A model generated the notes under the pieces. The model ran no database searches, was not told where the DNA came from, and saw only the letters and a program-made list of their open reading frames with translations. The position numbers and the translations under genes were made by a program. 55,523 nucleotides of DNA from an uncultured Gemmatimonadales bacterium (GTDB lineage: Bacteria > Gemmatimonadota > Glassbacteria > GWA2-58-10): positions 1 to 55,523 of the forward strand of contig CAYLSM010000002.1 of NCBI GenBank assembly GCA_964386505.1, in the 5' to 3' direction. This document shows, in pieces, positions 39,076 through 47,303 of the stretch. The first letter of the stretch is position 1. The number at the start of each line of letters is the position of its first letter.

Positions 39076-40779
39076 GTGGCAAAAGAGCTTTCGATCCTGA
39101 TCGGCGGGGAGGCCGGCCAGGGAATTCAGTCCATCGGGCACGTGCTGGCCCGCTCGTTCACCCGCTCGGGCTGGCGCGTGTTCGCCCTGCAGGATTTCGA
39201 GTCGCGTATCCGTGGCGGTCACGCGTTCACCAAGCTTCGGGTGGGCGTGGACGATCCGCAGTGCCACGCGCCCGGGATCGATATCCTGATCGCCCTGAAT
39301 GCCGAAACCCTCAGCCTTCACCGCGGGGAGCTTAACGACGGGGCGCGGGTGATCTACGACAGCGGAAGGGTGAAAGAGACATTGGCGGGCGAGGCTTTCC
39401 TGGGACTCGACCTGGCCCGTCTCTGCCGCGACAACGGCGGCTCGGCCGCCATGGCAAACACCGTGGCCACCGGCGCGGCCTGGGCCATGCTGGGCCTGGA
39501 GACCCCGGTGGTGGAATCGGTGCTGGAGTCCACTTTCTCACACCGCGGACAGGAAACAGTCGATAAGAACATAGCCGTGCTGCGCGCCGGCTACGCACTG
39601 GGACAACCCTATCGTAAGAACGCGCTGCGGCTCGACCCGCCCGGCGGGGACACGGCAAGCCTGTTCCTCTCGGGGGCGGATGCGGTGGCCCTGGGCGCTC
39701 TGGCCGCGGGCGTCCGGTTCTACAGCGCCTACCCCATGACTCCGGCCACCTCGGTGATGGAGTACCTGATCCACCACGGCCGCGACCGTGGCGTGGTGGT
39801 GGAGCAGGCGGAGGACGAGATCGCGGCGATAAACATGGCGATCGGCGCCTCGTACATGGGCGCGCGCAGCATGACCGGCACCTCGGGTGGCGGGTTCGCC
39901 CTGATGAGCGAGGCCCTGGGTCTGGCCGGTTGCAGCGAGATTCCCCTGGTAGTGCTCAACGCCCAGCGCCCGGGGCCGGCCACCGGTTTGCCCACCCGCA
40001 CCGAGCAGGGAGACCTTCTGTTCGCCCTGTTCGCCTCGCACGGTGAGTTCCCGCGGGTGGTGCTGGCCCCTGAGGGCCCGGAGTCGGCGTTCCGCCTGAC
40101 CGCCGAGGCGTTCAACATCGCCGACCGCCTTCAGGCCCCGGTCATAATCCTGACCGACCACCACCTGATGGACTCCTTCTGGAGCGTGGACAGCCTGCCC
40201 GTGGAAGAAGTGGGTGTGGACCGCGGCAGGATGGCCGGGCCGGAGGAACTGGCCGCTGGAGCGGACTACCTGCGCTACCGGATAACGCCGGATGGGGTCT
40301 CGCCGCGGGCTTTTCCGGGCCAGGGCACGGCGCTGGTCTGCTCCACCGGGGACGAGCACGATGAAAGCGGCCATATCACCGAGGACCCAGCGCTGCGCAG
40401 CGCCATGGTGGACAAGCGCTGGCGCAAGCTTGAGCGCCTGGGCGAATGGAGCGGCCTGGAGTGCGACCTTCAGGACGGCTCCGATACGGTGCTTGTGGGC
40501 TGGGGTTCCAACGGCGGGGCGCTGCGCGAGGTGGTGCGGGTCCGCCGCGCCGCGGGGCAGAAAACTTCGCTGGTCCTGCCGACCCGGCTCTGGCCGTTCC
40601 CGGAGGCGCAGTTCAGGCAGGCGGTGGAGGGCCGCGGCCGCCTTGTGAGCGTGGAGGGCAACTCCCTGGGCCAGCTCGCCCGCCTGGTCCGGATGGAGAC
40701 CGGGCTGGCCGCGCAGCGGCAGGTGCTCAGGTATGACGGCCGCGCGTTCTGCGCGCGGGACATCCTCGAAAAACTATAA
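39076..40779 (+). CDS. korA: 2-oxoacid:ferredoxin oxidoreductase alpha subunit (fused gamma-alpha, KorA-like)
   Basis: GGEAGQGIQS gamma-type N-terminus followed by a PFOR alpha domain. GTG start with AAGGGGA upstream. Confidence 0.92.
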   Translation: MAKELSILIGGEAGQGIQSIGHVLARSFTRSGWRVFALQDFESRIRGGHAFTKLRVGVDDPQCHAPGIDILIALNAETLSLHRGELNDGARVIYDSGRVKETLAGEAFLGLDLARLCRDNGGSAAMANTVATGAAWAMLGLETPVVESVLESTFSHRGQETVDKNIAVLRAGYALGQPYRKNALRLDPPGGDTASLFLSGADAVALGALAAGVRFYSAYPMTPATSVMEYLIHHGRDRGVVVEQAEDEIAAINMAIGASYMGARSMTGTSGGGFALMSEALGLAGCSEIPLVVLNAQRPGPATGLPTRTEQGDLLFALFASHGEFPRVVLAPEGPESAFRLTAEAFNIADRLQAPVIILTDHHLMDSFWSVDSLPVEEVGVDRGRMAGPEELAAGADYLRYRITPDGVSPRAFPGQGTALVCSTGDEHDESGHITEDPALRSAMVDKRWRKLERLGEWSGLECDLQDGSDTVLVGWGSNGGALREVVRVRRAAGQKTSLVLPTRLWPFPEAQFRQAVEGRGRLVSVEGNSLGQLARLVRMETGLAAQRQVLRYDGRAFCARDILEKL

Positions 40780-40799
40780 AGAGCCGGAGAGAGACTTCG

Positions 40800-41648
40800 A
40801 TGCCGACTTTGAACGACTATAAAGGGATAGAGACCACCTGGTGCCCGGGTTGCGGCAATTTCGCCATCCTGGCCGGGCTCAAGCAGGCCCTGACCGGCCT
40901 GGGCCTGTCGCCGCACGAGGTGACCGTGTTCTCCGGGATCGGGCAGGCGGCCAAGCTGCCCTTGTACACGCGCTGCCACTACCTGAACGGTCTGCACGGA
41001 CGGGCCCTGCCGCTGGCCACCGGGGCGCGCCTGGTCAACGGCCGCATGAAAATGATCGTTGTGGGCGGCGACGGCGACGGGTTCGCCGAGGGCGGAAACC
41101 ATTTCCTGCACGCCGTGCGGCGTAATGTCAACCTCGCCTATTTCGTGCACAACAACCAGGTCTACGGCCTGACCAAGGGCCAGGCCTCGCCCACCAGCGA
41201 CAGGGGCTTTGTCACCGGCACCACGCCCGAGGGGGTGGTGCATGGACGGTTCAACCCGGCCGGGGTGGCGATTACCCTGGATGCCGCCTTTGTGGGGCGC
41301 ACCCATTCGGGTGACATGGCGCATATGGTGCGGATGATGCAACTGGCGCTGGAGGCCGGCGGGTTCGCCCTGCTGGAGATCCTTCAGCCCTGCGTCACCT
41401 ACAACAAGGTCAACACCCTCAAGTGGTACCGCGATAAAGCCTACAACCTGGAGACAACCGACCCGGCCTACGATCCCACGGACCGCGAGGCGGCTTTCCG
41501 CAAGTCGCTGGAGTGGGAGGAGCGTTTCCCGATCGGGGTGCTATACCGCGGCAGCCGTCCCGCGGCTTCTCCCTCCGCAGGCGAGCCACTATCCCTGCAG
41601 GCGGTTCCGCAACGGGACATCCGCCCCCTGCTGGAGGAATTCCGCTGA
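40800..41648 (+). CDS. korB: 2-oxoacid:ferredoxin oxidoreductase beta subunit (TPP-binding, KorB-like)
   Basis: WCPGCGNF and GGDGDGFAEGGNH TPP motifs. Confidence 0.95.
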   Translation: MPTLNDYKGIETTWCPGCGNFAILAGLKQALTGLGLSPHEVTVFSGIGQAAKLPLYTRCHYLNGLHGRALPLATGARLVNGRMKMIVVGGDGDGFAEGGNHFLHAVRRNVNLAYFVHNNQVYGLTKGQASPTSDRGFVTGTTPEGVVHGRFNPAGVAITLDAAFVGRTHSGDMAHMVRMMQLALEAGGFALLEILQPCVTYNKVNTLKWYRDKAYNLETTDPAYDPTDREAAFRKSLEWEERFPIGVLYRGSRPAASPSAGEPLSLQAVPQRDIRPLLEEFR

Positions 41649-41849
41649 GGATAAAGGGCGCAAAAAAACTTTCGGTTAGTATTGTGTTTGGGCCCTAATT
41701 TACTATATATTGAAACGTTCGGAATGTTTCGGCCCGGGGTCGGGATCAGTCCCGCCACAGCTCCCGCCTCCGGCCCGGGTAATCTAACCCTCCCGTCTTT
41801 CCGGCATGCCAGTTGTTGCCTGGAAGGCCTGTTTCAGGAGTTGTGCAGG

Positions 41850-42020
41850 ATGGAACAGGAGTATCTGGATCTGATCAAGCAGGAATTGCTCGACCGTCAG
41901 GAGGAACTCAAGCGCCGGTGCCTCGAGGAATGCCGCCGCCGTTGCAGCGGAAGCCCGGAGGAATCGATGGAGTGCCTGGCCAACCTCATGACCCTGGAGT
42001 ACCTGCTGGATAACGCCTGA
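41850..42020 (+). CDS. Hypothetical small helical Cys-rich protein (56 aa)
   Basis: AGGAG 9 nt upstream of the ATG, C-x3-C-x3-C-x9-C pattern, followed by a strong hairpin. Confidence 0.45.
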   Translation: MEQEYLDLIKQELLDRQEELKRRCLEECRRRCSGSPEESMECLANLMTLEYLLDNA

Positions 42021-42239
42021 GCACGGCCTGTCCTCCAGGACAGGCCGTCCGGCCCCCCCGTTTCCCGCGCTGGAAACGGCGGGATGATCGTTATCGCCCT
42101 GTGCCGCGCACCACAGAAAGTCGCCTTGCAAGTGCCTTTTCGACCCCCCGTTAGACACTCACCCTCCTCAGGCAAGAATGTTTTTCGGAACTCTTTTTCC
42201 TTCAGCGTGTTGAATAATGCTGAAAGATTTAATCAAGCC

Positions 42240-42269
42240 TTGACTTCACCGTGCGGCCGGATGTATCTT
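42240..42269 (+). promoter_or_regulatory. Candidate promoter of the FGE-lipoprotein/giant-protein operon
   Basis: TTGACT-N18-TATCTT. Confidence 0.3.
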
Positions 42270-42375
42270 TCTGCTGCGTCCGGCAGGGGCCGGCGACCTC
42301 AAAGCCGTGACCCGCTTTCCTGTGGGACAGGCGGCTGCCACTGGTGACAGATACCTACAGAGATCAGACGGGTCC

Positions 42376-43656
42376 ATGAATCCATTTGAACGGCCTGTAT
42401 CGAGCGGGAATCTCAGGCGGTCGGCCGGATTGGTCGCGGGGCTACTCCTGCTTGCGGTGCTGCTGAGCACCGGCTGCAACACCGATCTGGCGATCCAGCC
42501 CGAGGATAGCGAGTACAGCGCGGCCGGCTTGAAGCTCTCCACCTACGTGATAAGCTTCTCACCCACTTTCATCGGTCAGACCAGCACCGAGACAATCCAG
42601 GTTCAGTACGGCGACACTGTCCAGGCCAAAGTGCACCTGCTCCTGAGCGACTCCAGCGTGTTCCGGGTCAGCCCGGACAGCCTCAGCTTCAACAAGACTA
42701 CCAAGACCGCCACTCTCACACTTAAATTCACCCCCACCGGAATCGATTCGGTCTGCCACACCAACCTCTATCTGATCACCACCAACTGGGCCGACACTTT
42801 CCACGTGGCAATCGACACGGTGGGCATCGATTCGGTGCGCCTGGCCGGCACCGGGGAGAATTTCTACCTCGACCTGGAGATGGTGTTCATACCGGGCGGA
42901 ACTTTCATGATGGGCACCGACTCGACAGGGGCCGACTCGATCTACTACGACAACCGGGACGAGATTCCGGCCCACGAGGTGCGGTTGTCCTCGTTCCTGA
43001 TCGGCCGCTACGAAGTGACCAACATGCAGTACTACGAGTTCTGGCGTGAGGAGGGGGATTCCCGCACGCCCAAGGACACGAGCGGCATCGGCATCTGGCC
43101 CGCGGTGGCCCTGGCCAAACCGAATTTCCCGGTGATCGGGGTGAGCTGGGAGGACGCGATGGCGTTCTGCCGCTGGCTGAGCCTTCGCACCGGGGAGCAC
43201 TACACCCTGCCCACCGAGGCGCAGTGGGAATATGTGGCCCGGGGCGGCGCCGCGCGCCAGTATCCCTGGTCCACCCTGGAGGAGGAGCCGGTCGACAGCG
43301 CCGAGCAGACCATCCCGCTCTCCATGCGGGCGAACGTGAAACACGGGGGTGACGGCTACACGTTCACCGCGCCGGTGGAGGCTTTCCCGGCCGGGGCCAG
43401 TGCTTTCGGGCCGCTGAACATGGCCGGCAACGCCGCCGAGTGGTGCCTGGACTGGTACAACCCGAATTACTACTCGACCGAACAGACCTGGCAGGACCCT
43501 CAGGGCTCGACCGACCCGGAGAACCAGTTCTACCGGGTAGTGCGAGGCGGCAGCTACCTGACCGAAATCGACCAGGTCCGCAACGCCAACCGCAGCGCCG
43601 TGGCCCCGGACAACCGTGAGATCGACACTGGCTTCCGGCTGGTCCGGTTGCCCTGA
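42376..43656 (+). CDS. Formylglycine-generating-enzyme (SUMF1/FGE-sulfatase) domain lipoprotein with an N-terminal Ig-like region
   Basis: Lipobox LLSTGC. FGE motifs GGTFMMG, HEV.L..F.IGRYEVTN, GVSWEDA, LPTEAQWEY, GNAAEWC, RVVRGGS, GFRLVR. Confidence 0.85.
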   Translation: MNPFERPVSSGNLRRSAGLVAGLLLLAVLLSTGCNTDLAIQPEDSEYSAAGLKLSTYVISFSPTFIGQTSTETIQVQYGDTVQAKVHLLLSDSSVFRVSPDSLSFNKTTKTATLTLKFTPTGIDSVCHTNLYLITTNWADTFHVAIDTVGIDSVRLAGTGENFYLDLEMVFIPGGTFMMGTDSTGADSIYYDNRDEIPAHEVRLSSFLIGRYEVTNMQYYEFWREEGDSRTPKDTSGIGIWPAVALAKPNFPVIGVSWEDAMAFCRWLSLRTGEHYTLPTEAQWEYVARGGAARQYPWSTLEEEPVDSAEQTIPLSMRANVKHGGDGYTFTAPVEAFPAGASAFGPLNMAGNAAEWCLDWYNPNYYSTEQTWQDPQGSTDPENQFYRVVRGGSYLTEIDQVRNANRSAVAPDNREIDTGFRLVRLP

Positions 43657-43676
43657 TCGGCAGGCACAGGAAAAGG

Positions 43677-46600
43677 ATGGGTAATATCCGCTACCGTAAT
43701 TACATACTCGCCGCGGCTGTCGTGCTCGTGCTCACGGGCGGAACGGGCGGTCTGAAAGCGCAGACCATAACCCCGGGCTATATTCCGGTGAACCTCGACC
43801 CGACCGGCGGCCAGTTGCGGCCCTCGGCGGTCGTGGACCATCAGGATAATCTGTTGGTGGCCTGGTTCGACAGCACGGCTGGCCTGTCGCGGGTGCTGCT
43901 CCAGGGCTTCGACCGTCAGGGCGGACGCCTGGGGCCGACCGTGGCCGGTACGGTCTACCCGACCACCCGCAAGAGTCATCACGACCTGTCTGTGGATTTC
44001 AACGGACAGGCGGTGCTGGCCTGGGCGGATGGGGTCTGGCCGGCCAGCTATATCTTTTTCCGCCGTTTCAACACGATGGGCGAGGCCTTTGAGGTCAATC
44101 CCCGGCCCGACGCTGTGGCGCGCCGCATACGCGGAATCAACCCCTCGGTCGGAATCGATTCCAGCGGTGTGGTCTACCTGGTCTGGCAGGATCAGGGCGT
44201 AGATGGCACGGATGTCTACGGCGCGCGGTTCCTGTCCACGGACAGCCTGGGATACGGCGCCCAGGACACGGTGACCCACCAGTGGGTCGGCACCCACCGT
44301 CTGAACAACACCGCCGCCGGCGAGCAGCTCGACCCGGTGATCTCGGCCGACCGCAAAGGCAACTCGGTGGTGGCCTGGCGAGACCTTCAGCCCGACAGTG
44401 TCGGCATTCGGGTCATCGCCTACGACCGCCTGGGCCACGAGATGCTCCAGCGCCTGATGCTGCCCGAGGATTCGAGCCTGGTGACCGCCCTCTCGCCGCC
44501 CGCGGTGTCGGCTTCCTCTTTCTCCTCCACCTATAGCTGGTTCGTGGTGAGCTGGGTCGAGGTGAGCGGCAGCGGAATACCGCAGCTCAGGCTCTATTCG
44601 ATCCGCCTGCAGATCAACCGCTCCCCGATCCGGGTCACGGAGGATTCGATCCCGTCGATTGTGGATGCCGGTCTGGAGCTGGCACTGAACAAGCCCGCGC
44701 TCTCAAGCAACGAGAACGGAGATGTGGCCCTGGTCTGGGTGCGCAACCGGAACGACGACGGCAGCGAGGCCTGGTCTTTCACCTACAATGTCAACGAGGG
44801 CATAGAGGGTGGCCGTCAGGGACAGATAACCCCGCCGGAAATGAAAGCCATCGAGCCCTGTGCCGCGATCCGTCAGGACGGCACTTTCGTGTCGATCTGG
44901 GGGGATGACGCCCACGACGTGTCCGATCTCTGGATGCAGAATTTCAGCGCCGGCGGGCTGATCACAGACCCGATGCATGTGTCGCCCTCCGGTGGCGAGG
45001 GCGATCTGGCCGGGGCCGCGGCCCTGGTCGGGCATCCCGACCTGAGCTACAGCCTGTTCTGGGAGCGCCAGAGCGAGGTGGACGGGACCCAGATACAACA
45101 GTTGACTTTCTCCTCGGATGACCGCCCAACCGGGGCCGTACAGGCGCTTCAGCCGGAGACTGCCGTACAGCGCCGTCCCACTATGGCGCAGGCCGCGGGT
45201 GGACAGTACGCGGTGGGCTGGCAGGAAAACAGCAGCTCGGGCTACCGGGTGCGCGCCTCGCTGTTCGGGGCGGACGGAACAGTGAAGCAGGCCGGCCTGA
45301 CCCTGGAGCAGTCGACCCAGAATTTCCTGGACGGAGTGAGCCTGTCCCTTGGCTCGAACGGGGTGCTGAGCGCGGCCTGGGAACGCTGGACCCCGCTGGT
45401 CGGCATCCCCGAACTGGTCATGGCGCGCTGGGACAGCCTGGGCAACCGGATCGGCTCGGTGCGCAGCGTGGCCAGCATGGCTCACGGCGGCGGGCAGTAC
45501 GCCTCGCTGGCCACGAGCCCGGGCGGCAATCAGATGCTCCTCTGGCGTGAGGGAGCGGTCTCCGGGACCAACGCCCGCATCCGAGCCCAGGTGTTTGATG
45601 CCAACGGCACGCCGGTCAGCACGGAGCTGCCGGTCAGCGAGGTCCGCACCGATTACCTGGGTGCCAGCGGCCGGCCGCAAGTGGTGGCCTCGCCGCTCAC
45701 CGGCAAGTTTCTCGTGGTCTGGCAGGAGTTCTTCTCGGACGCCCAGCACCTCTACTACCGCCTGTACTCCGGACGCGGCGACAGCCTGGAGCTGCCGCAG
45801 GGCTTGGGTTACCGCGGCTCGTTCGGCAGCCTGGCCTCTTACGGCACCACGGTGGGGCAGACCAACCCGGCCGTGGCCGTGGACAGCCGCGGCGACCATC
45901 TCGTCCTCTGGGTGGAAAAGGAGATGGGCGGAGCGACCCGGCTCCTGGGCTGCAAGATCGATTCGACCGGCGCGCCGCGCGGCAGCACTTTCCAGGTGCC
46001 GGGTGTTAGCCTGGCCGCCATGCCCTGCCTGAGCATCCTGGGAACGGACCGGGTGGTCCTGGCCTGGAACGACACCACCGGGTCGAGCACACGGCTCTTG
46101 GCCCAATCCCTTCAGATCACGTTTTTCGCCCTGAGCGGCCGGCTCGACCTGGCCTCGGCCGGGGACGGTTCCACGAGCCTGCCGGTGGTGCACATCGCGG
46201 GCAACGTGGTGGATTCGGTGTGCGTGGATGCGGCGGGCAATTTCGCTTTCAGCACCCTGACCGCGGGCAGCTACAGCCTGCGGGTCACGCAGGCTGGGCG
46301 TGAGCTGAGCCTCGACCGAAGCTCTTTCGAGCTGGCCGGAAGCAGCGGCGGCACGGTCGACCTGGGGCGCGTGGCTGTCCTGGGCGGCGGCTCCGGGCCG
46401 GATCTGCCCCGGGTGGCGGCGCCGGTGCTGAACCAGAACTCGCCCAACCCGTTCAACCCCTCGACCACGATCACTTTTGACCTGCCCGCTGGTGCGGCGC
46501 CGCAGAAAACGGCGCTGCGGGTCTACGACCTGCGCGGCGCGCTGGTCCGCGTGCTGGTGGATGAGCAAATGGACGGCGGCCGTCACAGCGTGCAGTGGGA

Positions 46601-46703
46601 CGGGACCGACTCCCAGGGGCGGCAGGTTTCCTCGGGCGTGTATTTCTACCGTCTGGAGGCCGGCGGCCGCAGCGCGGTGCGCAAGATGATCCTGCTGAAA
46701 TGA
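43677..46703 (+). CDS. Large secreted repeat protein (1008 aa) with a CarboxypepD_reg-like domain and a T9SS C-terminal sorting domain
   Basis: Signal peptide, 14 repeats of about 55 aa centred on a hydrophobic-x-W-acidic motif, C-terminal NPFNPSTTI...GVYFYRL...KMILLK. Confidence 0.85.
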   Translation: MGNIRYRNYILAAAVVLVLTGGTGGLKAQTITPGYIPVNLDPTGGQLRPSAVVDHQDNLLVAWFDSTAGLSRVLLQGFDRQGGRLGPTVAGTVYPTTRKSHHDLSVDFNGQAVLAWADGVWPASYIFFRRFNTMGEAFEVNPRPDAVARRIRGINPSVGIDSSGVVYLVWQDQGVDGTDVYGARFLSTDSLGYGAQDTVTHQWVGTHRLNNTAAGEQLDPVISADRKGNSVVAWRDLQPDSVGIRVIAYDRLGHEMLQRLMLPEDSSLVTALSPPAVSASSFSSTYSWFVVSWVEVSGSGIPQLRLYSIRLQINRSPIRVTEDSIPSIVDAGLELALNKPALSSNENGDVALVWVRNRNDDGSEAWSFTYNVNEGIEGGRQGQITPPEMKAIEPCAAIRQDGTFVSIWGDDAHDVSDLWMQNFSAGGLITDPMHVSPSGGEGDLAGAAALVGHPDLSYSLFWERQSEVDGTQIQQLTFSSDDRPTGAVQALQPETAVQRRPTMAQAAGGQYAVGWQENSSSGYRVRASLFGADGTVKQAGLTLEQSTQNFLDGVSLSLGSNGVLSAAWERWTPLVGIPELVMARWDSLGNRIGSVRSVASMAHGGGQYASLATSPGGNQMLLWREGAVSGTNARIRAQVFDANGTPVSTELPVSEVRTDYLGASGRPQVVASPLTGKFLVVWQEFFSDAQHLYYRLYSGRGDSLELPQGLGYRGSFGSLASYGTTVGQTNPAVAVDSRGDHLVLWVEKEMGGATRLLGCKIDSTGAPRGSTFQVPGVSLAAMPCLSILGTDRVVLAWNDTTGSSTRLLAQSLQITFFALSGRLDLASAGDGSTSLPVVHIAGNVVDSVCVDAAGNFAFSTLTAGSYSLRVTQAGRELSLDRSSFELAGSSGGTVDLGRVAVLGGGSGPDLPRVAAPVLNQNSPNPFNPSTTITFDLPAGAAPQKTALRVYDLRGALVRVLVDEQMDGGRHSVQWDGTDSQGRQVSSGVYFYRLEAGGRSAVRKMILLK
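43809..46121 (+). repeat. Fourteen tandem, degenerate protein-level repeats of about 53-64 aa (propeller-blade-like)
   Basis: Conserved Trp at residues 63, 116, 170, 234, 293, 354, 408, 462, 515, 568, 623, 682, 745, 797 within (L/V)(V/A)W(x)(D/E) contexts. Confidence 0.7.
46428..46700 (+). other. T9SS type-A C-terminal sorting domain (FlgD-Ig-like CTD)
   Basis: LNQNSPNPFNPSTTITFDLP...LRVYDLRGALVRVL...SGVYFYRLEAGGRSAVRKMILLK. Confidence 0.85.
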
Positions 46704-46740
46704 GGGGTGCGCCTCGGCACAAGGCGCAGCCAGGGCGGGG

Positions 46741-47181
46741 ATGGTGAAAATGAATCCCAGTGGATACGGCAAGCCGGGTCAGTTCAAAGCTGAGTTGATC
46801 GCCCGCTGTGGCCTGGACTGCCGTCTGTGCCACGCTTTCGTCAGGGACAGGAACACCTGCCCGGGCTGCCGCAGCGAGGGCGGTTTCATTTTCAAATCCA
46901 TTGTTTCGTGCCGGATCAGGAACTGCGAAAAAACAGCCGGACAGGCGGAGGATTTCTGTTTCAGTTGCGACAGCTATCCCTGCACCCGGCTGAAACAACT
47001 GGACAAGCGCTACCGGACCCGCTACGGGGTGAGTCTATTCGAGAACCTCGAATCTGTCCGGCGGGACGGGGCGGAGGTTTTCGCCGCACAGGAGGACCGC
47101 CGCTGGCGCTGTCCCGGGTGCGGCGAGGTGCTTTGTATGCACAAGCCGCAGTGCCTTTCCTGCGGACGCATTTGGCGTTAA
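46741..47181 (+). CDS. DUF3795-type Cys-rich protein
   Basis: CGLDCRLCHAF...CPGCR...CRIRNC...C.SC..YPC pattern. Confidence 0.75.
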   Translation: MVKMNPSGYGKPGQFKAELIARCGLDCRLCHAFVRDRNTCPGCRSEGGFIFKSIVSCRIRNCEKTAGQAEDFCFSCDSYPCTRLKQLDKRYRTRYGVSLFENLESVRRDGAEVFAAQEDRRWRCPGCGEVLCMHKPQCLSCGRIWR

Positions 47182-47303
47182 TTTATCTGTCACGGCCAGG
47201 GCCGGCCGGACTGAATGATCGAGAGAGCCTGTTGCGGTTCCACTCCACTGTGCTGTGACGCGGCTTTCGGCATAAGAAAAAATCAACCAAAAGGAGCAGC
47301 CAC

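Noticed and set aside
42376-43656. Possible diversity-generating retroelement target, because FGE/C-type-lectin folds often carry DGR variable regions at the C-terminus
   Set aside because: No reverse transcriptase gene lies in the window. I could find no second copy (template repeat) of the 3' end of the gene (about 43540-43650) anywhere in the window.
42376-43656. Calling the FGE-domain lipoprotein GldK/PorK
   Set aside because: No gldL/M/N-like genes follow it. An Ig-like N-terminal module is present, and the downstream gene is a T9SS cargo rather than machinery, so only the generic family call is supported.
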